Shown here: piece after piece, positions 15,801 through 28,092 of the stretch
Layout: every line of letters starts with the position of its first letter
How positions within the stretch are numbered: position 1 is the first letter of the stretch
NCBI RefSeq assembly: GCF_009914755.1
Contig: NC_060930.1
Length of the DNA stretch: 64,000 nt
Source: the human T2T-CHM13v2.0 reference genome, Homo sapiens
Direction: 5' to 3' (one strand)
Translations under genes and position numbers: made by a program
Notes under the pieces: generated by a model
Seen by the model: the letters and a program-made list of their open reading frames with translations, nothing else
Database searches by the model: none
Told to the model about the DNA's origin: nothing

Positions 15801-18113
15801 TTGGGCTCGCTGCTGCTATAATTAGCTTTTGATATACTATTCTTTGGAAATTTCTTGCCAGCCACAGCCTGTGTGTTTCCAGATGTCTTGCACATACTTA
15901 AAAATGGTAAACATTAATTTATGGGGATGACAGCTGTGGGTCAAGTTTGAGGTTGATTGATAATTCCTTATTCAAATGTGTGCCTATGCTGCTTCATTTG
16001 TCATCTCTTAGTGAAACAGAAAGCTATTCTACCACATTCCTAGTTAATATTTCATTTTTTTCATAAATTATCTGTAAAAGCAATAGAATTTAGACCTTTC
16101 CTACCGTATGGCATGGAATATTAACGTAGCTGAGGATTTTAAAAAAATTATTTTGCAGCCAGAAGCGTTGTGATTTGTTAACCTGACACCTTGTATTTGC
16201 ACAGTGCTAAGCACACAGTGGGCACTCAATAAATGCCGCCTGGTGACTATGAGGAGCTCAAAATGCTTTCCACATGACAGACGATAATTCCTTCAAAAAG
16301 TCTCCCCATTTTATAAATTAGGAAATAGCAGACTTGGGGAGTTTTCCTAAGGGGTGATAAAGTGATTCATCTCTAGGTCACACTGGACTCGAGAGTACAG
16401 AAAATGACACGTGCTCACAGAAATGTGTTCTCCCTGATTTGTTCAGTTAGACCCAAAGCACACATCTTGCCAAGCCTCCTTTCTCTCTAACTCTCTGTAT
16501 GGAGCCAAAAGAGATTCCTAAAATATGAAGAGAAATTCATTCCCCTGGCAAATTGTCTTGAAATGACTATTTGTGCAGTATTTTGGTACTTTGGGCACAT
16601 AGCCATGTTCGGAACATCTGAGTCCCTGTTATGAAAATGTAGACTGAAGTTACATGACAACAAATGATCTCATCTGTGCAATAAAATATAAAATGCAACC
16701 AGATATTGGGTCTCATGCAGATTAATATCCAGTAAATGACCAATTTTGACCAATCTAAGTGTTTTAACACTATTCAACCAGCTGCTTAAGCTATTTACTT
16801 TAACCTAAGTCATCAAAACAAGATATTAATCCTTTTCTTGAGCTACTAGAAACTGAGGTTTAAAAACTATCTGGACACAAGATATGCTTGTCATTCACAT
16901 TTCATGGTTACTTAACAATCATAAATGTATGTTATTCTACAAAGCATCCCTGTAAGCCAGAATATGTCATTTCAATGGATCCATATACAAAATGAAAAAA
17001 AATAAGACAAAAAATTTTGGTGACTGACTTAAGGTCAAACACAAATTTGCAAATGAACAAATAATACAGTGAGTTTTTTTTTTTTTGAAGATAACTTTTA
17101 GATTTTCAGCAAAGGTGTTGACTTATAATTAAATTTGTATCCTTCTATTTGTGTTAAATGTTTATAGAACTTTGAATCCTTGTGCCATATAATAGGTATT
17201 CATTCGATCTTGGCAGGACAAGTGGGCAAAACAGGTTGTAATAAACCTGCAAGGTAAAATTTGGATTTGTTTTTGTTTATGTACATTTAGATAGGTAGTA
17301 ACCTCTGAAAACATGGTTAATGATATTGTCTGCAATGTTGAGACAGAATTAGGATTGACAGTGGCAGCAACTGAGAGCCTCTCAGGCTGGGTGGTGACTG
17401 GAACAAAAGGACAAGAACAGCATTTAAGGGTTTTTAATGTGTAATATAGAAATATTGGTAATAATTACAGTTTTTTCTATCTAAAATATTCAGGATTTAC
17501 AAAAGAATCAGTGATAGGAAATTCTTAAGGCAAATCAAAATTTTGAAAACATGGAAACATTTTTAAGTAAAATTAAAAATTTATGAAAACTTAAATGTTA
17601 AATCTATCATCATTCTCATAAAAATATTAGTTGCTGAAATTAAAAAATGTATTTCATATAAAAATAAACATAAATTTGAAAAAATCCTGGACATGGAAAA
17701 TAAGATTACATTTGGTCATGTTAACTAAATATTGCAGTTCTAAAAACCAAAAGGTTATTACTGATATTTTCAAGTCGTAGATGTATTTTTGAGAACATTT
17801 TTTCAGCTGTAGAAGCAGTTTTTCTCAATCTACTCTGGTTATAACTACGTAAGTAATAAACAACATTAGTAATAAAATGCATCAGTAATAAATACATTAT
17901 GTACCATATATAGTGTATATGTATGGTATATATATAATATATATGGTATATAATGTATTTATATACCATAAATACATTATGGTATATAAATACCATATGG
18001 TATATAATGTATATTATTATAATATATAATGTATATTATTATTATATACTGTATGTATTATATATAATAAATATATTATATATATTTATTATATATTTTA
18101 TATATATTATATA

Positions 18114-18119
<6 letters not shown>

Positions 18120-18166
<47 letters not shown>
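18120..18166. repeat. Pure (TA)n tract, ~23 units, at the Alu tail
   Basis: Direct inspection. Confidence 0.95.
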
Positions 18167-18167
<1 letters not shown>

Positions 18168-18168
<1 letters not shown>

Positions 18169-18465
18169 TTTGTTTCTTTGTTTTAGACAAAGTTTCACTC
18201 TACCACCCAGGCTGTAGTGCAGTGGCACAATCTCGGATCACTGCAGTCTCAACTTCCTGGACTCAAGCGATCTTCCTGCCTCAGCCTCCTAAGTAGCTGG
18301 GACTACAGGTGTGCACAACCACGCTCCACTAATTTTTGTATTTTTTGTAGAGATGAGATTTGAGGTTTTGCCATGTTGCCCAGGCTGGTCTCAAGCTCCT
18401 GGGATCAAGCAATCTACCTGCCTCAGCCTTACAAAGTGGTGGGTTTACAGCTGTAAGCTGCTGCC

Positions 18466-18466
<1 letters not shown>
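18168..18466 (-). mobile_element. AluJ-like SINE
   Basis: cacccaggctgtagtgcagtggcacaatctc...ctcaagcgatcttcctgcctcagcctcc...ccatgttgcccaggctggtctc. Confidence 0.9.
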
Positions 18467-18514
<48 letters not shown>

Positions 18515-18744
18515 TGTCTGTGTATATATATATATATATATATGCCGTGTGTGTGTACATATATGTATATATACATACTCTCCTTCTCTCTCTCTCTCTC
18601 TATATATATAGATATATATCTATATATATAGATAGATAGATAGATATATCTATATATATAGAGGGAGCATATATATATATAGAGAGAGAGAATATATATA
18701 TATACAGAGAGAGGGAGTATATATATATATGAGTGTATATATAT

Positions 18745-19750
18745 GTTATACATATATTATATATACATATATTGTATATGTTATACATATATTATATATA
18801 CATATATTATATATGTTATACATATATTATATATACATATATTATATATGTTATACATATATTATATATACATATATTATATATGTTATACATATATTAT
18901 ATATGTTATACATATATTATATATACATATATTATCTGTTATACATATATTATATATACATATATTATCTGTTATACATATATTATATATACATATATTA
19001 TGTTATACATATATTATATATACATATATTATCTGTTATACATATATTATATATACATATATTATCTGTTATACATATATTATATATACATATATTATCT
19101 GTTATACATATATTATATATACATATATTATCTGTTATACATATATTATATATACATATATTATCTGTTATACATATATTATATATACATATATTATGTT
19201 ATACATATATTATATATACATATATTATCTGTTATACATATATTATATATACATATATTATCTGTTATACATATATTATATATACATATATTATCTGTTA
19301 TACATATATTATATATACATATATTATCTGTTATACATATATTATATATACATATATTATCTGTTATACATATATTATATATACATATATTATCTGTTAT
19401 ACATATATTATATATACATATATTATCTGTTATACATATATTATATATACATATATTATCTGTTATACATATATTATATATACATATATTATCTGTTATA
19501 CATATATTATATATACATATATTATCTGTTATACATATATTATATATACATATATTATCTGTTATACATATATTATATATACATATATTATCTGTTATAC
19601 ATATATATACATATATTATCTGTTATACATATATTATATATACATATATTATCTGTTATACATATATTATATATACATATATTATCTGTTATACATATAT
19701 TATATATACATATATTATCTGTTATACATATATTATATATACATATTATA
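18745..19750. repeat. 33-bp AT-rich minisatellite (VNTR), ~30 copies, unit GTTATACATATATTATATATACATATATTATCT
   Basis: Unit read directly; 11-aa periodicity ([11 protein letters not shown]) in the ORF track confirms the 33-nt period. Confidence 0.95.
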
Positions 19751-19889
19751 TATACATGCATATACACGTATATACATATATACGTATACATACATATATA
19801 TGTATGTATACATATACATACATATATATGTATGTATACATATACATACATATATATGCATGTATACATATACATACATATACATATAT

Positions 19890-20220
19890 ACATATATATG
19901 AATATACATACGTATACATATATACATATATATGAATATACATACGTATACATATATACGTATATATGAATATACATACGTATACATATATACGTATATA
20001 TGAATATACATACGTATACATATATACGTATATATGAATATACATACGTATACATATATACGTATATATGAATATACATGTATATATACATATATACGTA
20101 TATATGAATATACATGTATATATACATATATACGTATATATGAATATACATATATACGTATATATGAATATACATGTATATATACATATATACGTATATA
20201 TGAATATACATATATACATG
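19890..20220. repeat. ~34-bp AT-rich minisatellite (TATATATGAATATACATACGTATACATATATACG and variants), ~10 copies
   Basis: Recurring gaatatacat anchor at 34-bp spacing, with some longer and shorter units. Confidence 0.85.
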
Positions 20221-23200
20221 CACATATATGTATACATATATAATATATAATATATGTGTATATATACACGTATATGTATATATACACTATATATGTATAT
20301 ATACCCATATATGTATATATAATACATACATATATATGTATACTATATATTATATATACATATATGCATATATAATATATATTATGTATACATATAATAT
20401 ATATACATATATGTATATATAATATAGATTATGTATACAATATATTATATATAATATATATATTATATATAATATAATATATATATTATATATACTATAT
20501 ATAATATATATTATATATACACATATACTATATATACTTATATACATATATTATATATATAATATGAATCATGTACATCATGAGATCTCTCCATATATAT
20601 GTATATATATACATATATAATATACATGTATGTATAATATACACATATATAATATACATATACGTATAATATACATATATACATATATATGGAGAGATCT
20701 CATAATGTACATGATTCAGATTTCAGAGATTTTAAAACCCTCCGTAGTTGTATTATACCAATAAAAATCTCTGAAATTTCATAATCAAAAACTTCAATCT
20801 GCCAGGTAATGGGGTACTGTAAAGGATACTGTCTACTACTGTACACAACATCTTCTTGATGAGTGAACTCAAGAAGAAAGTTCTCTCCAGCTTCACACAG
20901 GGAGAAGTTGTGCTGCTTCTTATCAGCTGCTGAAATGCTGCAGTGAATTATATCTCCCTTATCTTTCACCACTAGAGAACTCAGAGTCCATTTGCCATCC
21001 ACGCTTAACAATTATTCACAGGAGTTTCTGCAGTGTACTGGGGTGTACTAAATTTATCCTATTTAAATTTACTAGTCTACTTTAATATTTCTTTGGCATT
21101 TTTTCCTGTGACACTGTATGCAAATTGTGCTGCTTTGAGTTTGTTTTGTTAAACAAACCAAAATAGAGAAGAAAAGATGAAAGAACTAAAGGGACTAGAG
21201 GAAGAAAATTTAAAAAGGAGGCAGGTGGAAAGAGGAGAAAAAAAACAAAAGCTAAAATGAGTTGAACAATGATACAATTAATTTAGACTGCATAAATATC
21301 TAAGCAAATGGCTTATGTATCACCAATACTGCTTTAGCAAATTAAATCTTGGAATGCCTTCTTAATGTTCTTTTTTGTTTAACCTTTTATGAACTTACTC
21401 TGATATGAGTTCCTGACAGGCAGGCACCATGTCTCGTTTATCTTTGATTCTCCCAGCCCAATGTCTAGGATTTGCCTAGAACATAGATTCTTAGTAAGTA
21501 GGTACTGATTGAAATATATTATGCATTCCTCAGATTTTCATGATGGTATTAAATATTTTGGTATTTATTTAATTTTGCTTTTTTGATTATTTCACCAGTA
21601 ACACAATAATCAGGTGAAAAAGAAACATAAAGTCCTCCAGTGCCTTCAGTAGGGGTGGAAGAGGGTTATGTCGATGATTTTTCTTCCCCATGAAAAGGAC
21701 ACAGCTCTTTCAAATTCAGCAGCTGAGTGGATTCAAATGCCTTCAGGCAGAATGTAGCCAGGGTAATGCTACAGATAATGTAATTAATTAACCCGTTTCT
21801 AGTCTCAGGATTTCAAACTTCTAGGTAATGGCATTTGTATAGTAATTTTCCTTGGTTCTATATAAGATCTTTAGTAGAATCACAAAATAAGATTTGCATT
21901 TAAATGTAAATGGTGGAATTAAGGTAATGAAAGTTATTAAAATGAACACGATAAATTTGGATAAAAGTGGCTTAGTACAATGAAGTATATCTTACATGAT
22001 CATTTGTATTCAGGAAATCATTGGTGAATGTCCATGGTTGTTTAATCTTTGCTTTGTAACTTCTGTTCTGGTTTGGTTTGATAATCAGCATTGCTTTTTA
22101 GATGAATAAAAGTTTCGAATTCTTGGACAGAAATAACCTTACTTTATAAAAGCCAGTAAGTCCAAAAATGATTTAATTTAATTATTTTAGAATGTGCTCA
22201 AGGTAAATCTGTAGCAGGATATGGATGTATAGAGGAACCAAGTGAATCAGTGACTTGTTGAGATGAAGGTCATTATGTCAGTGAGTCATCTTAGTATCTT
22301 TCCACAGGCCAAAGTGAAGCAGAATTCTCAATACCCAGCAAATGAAAGGGACAGAATCAGAAAATAGTACAAAACCAACTTAAGTAAATTTATTAAATTA
22401 TAGGTATTCTTAAAGTGCATTAGTCTTAAAAATACCAACTAAATTTGATATATACCACTAAGAAATGTCACATAATAAAAAGTCCCCCATATTTGAAAAA
22501 AACAAAAACTTTTTTCATATGCTCAGTTTCTCCTTCCACTCCCTCCCCCCTCTTTCCTTTGTCCTCCCTCCATGTATTCACATCTAGAAAGTTGAACAGG
22601 ACCTATATCTAAATAATTATCTGGCTGTTGTACTAGAATTCTACACATTCTGAGAGTTTACTTCTTTTTTCCTTTACAAAAATATTGTTTACACCAATTT
22701 TCTTCTTATTTATTGAAATCAGTCATATTAATATGTTCAGTATTCATTTACATTGTTGGCATTAATAGTAGCTATTTAATTGTGATCCTTTAAACAACCA
22801 TATTAAAAAATAAAGTTCTGCAATATAATCTTGCCCAAATGTTTTCTCAATGCCAATAAAACCCAATAAATAGACTAAACACTGTAGTAAATAAAACATT
22901 GTTATTTTACTTCTGGGGCCATAATCCTTGCCTAACCTGAGGTCTTTTGCTAAAAATGAGATTGTTTACTCCAGATTAGCTTTAAAGGATAATTTGTAAG
23001 AAAAACAGTTCAGGATAGTCACATTAGTAAACAAGGACAGAAAAAGTATACTAAGTGGGGGTGACTGAGGAAAAGGGACTGAATCGAGACCATGGCAGGG
23101 GGTGTGTAGAAAGAGGAAGGATGCTCTGTCAAGTTGCAGTACATGTTTCATGCTAGGGGAACTGGATGCATGAAACAAATAAACTTAGTTTTAGACTAGT

Positions 23201-24066
23201 ATCAGATACATGCTCGGATGTAAGTTAATTTTTCTACATTAATGAATCTTTCAAATTGACCATAGAACAGGGGTTTGAGTTTCTGTATTGATTGTGAAGG
23301 CATATTGATGAGATATTCAGAATTGGGGAATTTAAGGTCTTTAAGAACATGGCCCAAGTCCAGACATTGTGAGGTAATTGCCTACCTGAGCTAGAACTTG
23401 TAATCACTTTTTGATTGTGTGTCATTTGATCAGATTGTACATCCTGTAAGTTTAGGGTTTTGGATAGCTAGAGGAAAACTGTCTATAAATAGAAAAGAAA
23501 ATTGTTTTATAACATAATTTTTGACATGGATTTATTTGACTTGGGTCATACTCTGTCACTCTTGATATAACACATATGCTACCCGCTTTATAACCATATC
23601 TTCAAAGCTATAGATATCTCTGCAGATAAATCTATAAATTAAACATTTTGATTGTTTTGTTCTTTCCTTTGGGCATCCTGTTGTATGTACCACTGTCTGT
23701 ATCAAAACAGGAGCTCAGGAAGCACTTGGTCTGAGTGCAAGGTACTGCTCCACTTTTCTCCCCAGGTGTCTTGTATCAAGCCACAAGCCCAAGAGACTTA
23801 CAATAAATAGAAATTTACTGCTACAACTACAACTACCAGATATAAAGATCAATAGAATAAAAAACTGAGTCCTACCCCAGGCTGCATGGTAATTCTGTTT
23901 TGATAAAACCCCAGGGCCAGGAAGGAGAAATATTTGAAAAGAAATGGCTGGAGAAAGAAAATTTACCTGTTTTTTTTTTTATATAATGGCAAAACAAACA
24001 AACATGGGAAAGCTCTCCTATGTATCTTTTGTGGACCAAGTGGGAAGGAATGAGAAAGAGAGATTA

Positions 24067-24418
<352 letters not shown>

Positions 24419-25483
24419 TTAAGTAGATACGTGCAAATATTTCAAATTCCTTCCTCCCACAGCAGCCAAGAAAATAAATGTAGTGTATTATCTACTCCAG
24501 AATATGGTCTGTACACCTACCCTGTTCATCACATTTGAATCGTTAGAAATGCTTTGTCATTCAGAGGTACACCTAAATTAAAAGTTCAAAACTTATGATC
24601 CAAACTGCTTGGTGTCATTCCCATTATATATTTTTGCCAGTTTAGTTTACATTTAGAAACAAGAGGCCTCTTTTATCAAAGGGAACAGAGGCATGGTGAT
24701 TTGAAGTTCTCATTCACAATCTCTATCTACATGTAATTCCAATGCTTTTTTTGTTTTACATTTTAACTATATATTTTTATATGGAAATCTAGCTAATTTA
24801 TATCAGTATCAGAAGGAAAAATACACTGCGGGGTTTTTAAACTACGAATTCTGTTAGACAAGCTTGTTAGTAATTTTAGGGTAGAATTAAAAATCAAGAA
24901 AGTGGGGACACCCTTGAAAGTCTTACCTGTATTTCTGGGGGACTTCAGAGGTATGCCTAATTTTCGGTTTTATAAACAGATAATGTTCTTTAGACCCTCC
25001 TCAAATGTGTATAAAATTGCAGCATTTGAACTACTGACGGGATGGCCTGCAGATCTGACCTAAGGAATTAGGTTTTGATATGTGAAGTTTCCATGGGACA
25101 TCAGAAATTCTCTAGTCAGTACTATTTTTCAAAGTATAAATTCAGCAAACTATAGGTCCTTTGTAGAGGAGGTCTCCATGTTGCATTTTTCTAGTTTCCG
25201 TCTTCCTTTTTATTATGCACTGTAACAATATTGAGTTTTCCTTTGACTTTCTTTCATTGCTTCTGGGAAAATTAATCCTCCTTTGTATTTCGTTCCCAAA
25301 TCTCTCCCAACTCAATGTATCTCTCGGCACAGGGCTACAGATACACACTTCAGAAACCAGAGCTAAACAAAAATATTCAGAAATGTCGTTGGTATCCTAT
25401 TTATAATAGCAAAATTATAATTTAATTAAGCACATTATATTATTCCCCAACATTTGATATTATGCTGTTATTGAAATCATGAT

Positions 25484-25870
25484 TATATTAGTCAGGGTTC
25501 CCCAGAAAAGCAGAACCAATAGGATATCTATATAGATGTAGACATATAAGAGATTAATTATGAGAATTGGTTTATGTGATTATGGAGTCTGTAGGCCTAA
25601 GAAATAGAAGCTCTGATGTCTGAGCATAAGAGAAGAGGGATGTCCTAGGTCAAAAGGAGAAAGGATTTGCCCTTCCTCTGCCTTTTTGTTCTATGCAGGC
25701 CCTTCAGAAGATTGGATGATGCCTGCTCACATTGGTAAGAGTAATTCTTCTTTATTCAGTTTACTGATTTAAATGTCAATCTCTTCTGGTGTATGCAGAC
25801 GTGATGTTTTACCAGCTATCTGGGAATTCTTCAGCCCAGTCAAGTTGGCACATAACATTAAACATCATAA
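25484..25870 (-). mobile_element. MLT2-type (ERVL) solo LTR
   Basis: tattagtcagggttccccagaaaagcagaaccaatagg ... cagcccagtcaagttggcacataacattaaacatca. Confidence 0.7.
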
Positions 25871-26099
25871 ATAATTACAAAGAATTTGTAATGATACAGG
25901 GAAATGTTTATTATGTAATAAGTTATTTTAGCAATTAGAAAACTATGGATAAGAGAATCTCAACGTCATATAAAAGTATATACATAGAAAAAGATTGGAA
26001 GATGGTACACAAAAATATACAAATATTGCCTCTGTTAGAAGTATTTTTCATATATTCTGACATGAGTATGTATTTCTAGTATGAATTACTGGCAACTGA

Positions 26100-26385
26100 T
26101 TTATTCAGCACCTACTGTGTGCTAGGTATTCTTCTAGGTTCTGTAGTTATTTATCACATTTAATCTTTGATATCACTCTATAAAGTAGATATTCATTTCA
26201 TTTTACATAGAAGAATCCCACATCTCAGAAATGTCGAGTAAATTATATTGGGTCATATAGCTAGTAATAATAACTACTATCCTCAATTTACAGGTGAAAA
26301 ACACTGAGGTTAAGAGAGGCTAATTAACTTTCTCAAGGTTATCCTGCAAACAAGTAGCAGAACAGACTGAAATAAGATCTTTTTG
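26100..26385 (-). mobile_element. MIR fragments
   Basis: ttattcagcacctactgtgtgctagg; caatttacaggtgaaaaacactgaggttaagagaggctaattaactttctcaagg. Confidence 0.6.
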
Positions 26386-27494
26386 ACTTTAAATGTCCTC
26401 GTCCTTTCTATCATATGACACTGCCTCCTCAAAATCAAATGAGCAAAGACAATGATAACAACAAACTGCATAAAAAAATTGTGATAGAGAGAGAGAAGAA
26501 TGTTTAATAAAAAAGAGAAGTGTTTTATTCCTGCATAGATATATCAGTTGTTCTTGCTGAGCCTTCTGATTGTTGAATTTAGATCTGTGCAATATCTGTG
26601 AAAACAAAATATGCATAATATTTGCATCATATCTATTTTCTGAGAATTTCAAAATTCTCATAGCAAGTGTTTTCTGGTATCTCACTTAGCAAATGCTTTT
26701 TGTTGTTCTGTTTAGTAATAATTCTTGTTTATAGAAGGTATAATTGAAGAGGAGAGTGGAAAAGTTTGTATCCATTCTCAATCTGCAAATAATGCATGTT
26801 TTGGGATTATAGTCATATAATGTATTTTTCTTTATTAATGGTTTTCTGTCCATGATTGGGCTCAGAAATTGCATATAAAAAGTGCAAACATTACTGGCAT
26901 AAATATGGTATGTCACCAAAAACTGCTGTGGAAATTCAAAGATAGATAAGAAATAATGAGGTTTATAGATTCATTAGCATTTGAATGATGAAACATGTAT
27001 ATGTGTTACTCCTTTGATCAATACTGCCCTGGAGGGAAAGTACTGTATTTAATTGTCTTTTCCAGACCTTCCACTGTGGACATCTGGTTGCTATGCAGTC
27101 CTGTAGCAGGACATTTTATTGCCTCAGTGTTGTAGAATTCAAGTTCCAATTTTATTACTAGTGATGGCATGTGTTATGAGAAAATGTATGGAAAGGCATG
27201 TTCAGAAGGGGATCGCCTCTATTCTATCTGATTGTCTGGACTTCACTAGCAGGCATCATATGGGTGAATATGGCATATCATTCTATGTAGTTGTTAAGTT
27301 TCAGTGATTTTATTACATACATTGCATTATATACATCTGTGAGCTGTTTTACTAAAATAGTTTCACTTACTAGGAATGCTTCATTTTTGTAGATGCCTTT
27401 TATTTTGCAATTACCCAAACCATTTGAAAACTTTGCATGTGCATACAAGGCCAAGACAATGTTTTACTGTGGAAAAATCAAATGCATTAGAATC

Positions 27495-27665
27495 GGAGAC
27501 ACCTGGCTTCAAGTGCTGGCTCAATTATTTTCTAGCTATGTGATATTCAGAAAATTATTTAATCTATGTATGCTTTAGTTTCTTCACTGTGAAGTGGGGA
27601 CATTGATACATATCACCTGGAATCTTGAAAAGAATTAAATGAGTTACACAAATAAAAAAGCCTGA
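27495..27665 (+). mobile_element. MIR
   Basis: agacacctggcttcaagtgctggctc...tagctatgtgat...agtttcttcactgtgaagtgggga. Confidence 0.6.
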
Positions 27666-27749
27666 CTTGTGTAAAATTCTCCCTTTTTCATCTCTTCTCA
27701 ATTATCTTAACTGACAAAACAGTCAGAATAAATTTGATATGTAATAATA

Positions 27750-28092
27750 CAGTCTTCCTTTGGTATCCACAGGACATTTGTTCCAGGAACACTGCAGATA
27801 TGAAAATTCATGGATGTTCAAGTCTTTTATATAAAATGGCATAGTATTTTCATATAACCTACATACATTCTCCTGTATACTTTATCTCTAAATTACCTGT
27901 AATAATAAGGCATTCAATAAGACCAATATTGAATACAACATAAATACCTAAAACAATATAAAGACTGTGTAAATAGTTATTATACTGTATTTTTAAAATT
28001 GTTGTGTCATTATTATTATTTTTTCCCAAATATTTTTGATCCAAGGTTGACTGAATGTGAATGTGGAACCCATGGATATGGAGGGTTAACTG
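27750..28092. mobile_element. MER2 (Tigger2-related MITE)
   Basis: cagtcttcctttggtatccacagg...atggatgttcaagtcttttatataaaatggcatagtattt...gaacccatggatatggagggttaactg; degenerate TIRs. Confidence 0.8.

Larger units (their letters stand above)
17885..20720. repeat. 2.8-kb AT-rich low-complexity block: (TA)n, (GT)n, (CT)n/(GA)n, two VNTRs and an embedded Alu
   Basis: Direct inspection. Confidence 0.95.

Noticed and set aside
18745-19750. CRISPR-like regular repeat array
   Set aside because: Units are head-to-tail with no unique spacers, there are no cas genes, and the context is primate.
18729-20327. Long ORFs of 190-408 aa (Y/I/H/T-rich) in several frames
   Set aside because: Artefacts of the VNTRs, whose units lack stop codons on that strand; the translations are purely periodic.
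20700-21011. 103-aa minus-strand ORF with protein-like composition
   Set aside because: Non-ATG start, no recognisable domain, no convincing splice sites; length compatible with chance. BLASTP or PhyloCSF would settle it.
24927-25059. Possible minus-strand exon (CAG/gtaaga donor at ~24926, ccttag acceptor at ~25060)
   Set aside because: Acceptor polypyrimidine tract is weak and there is no coding support; such pairs are frequent by chance.
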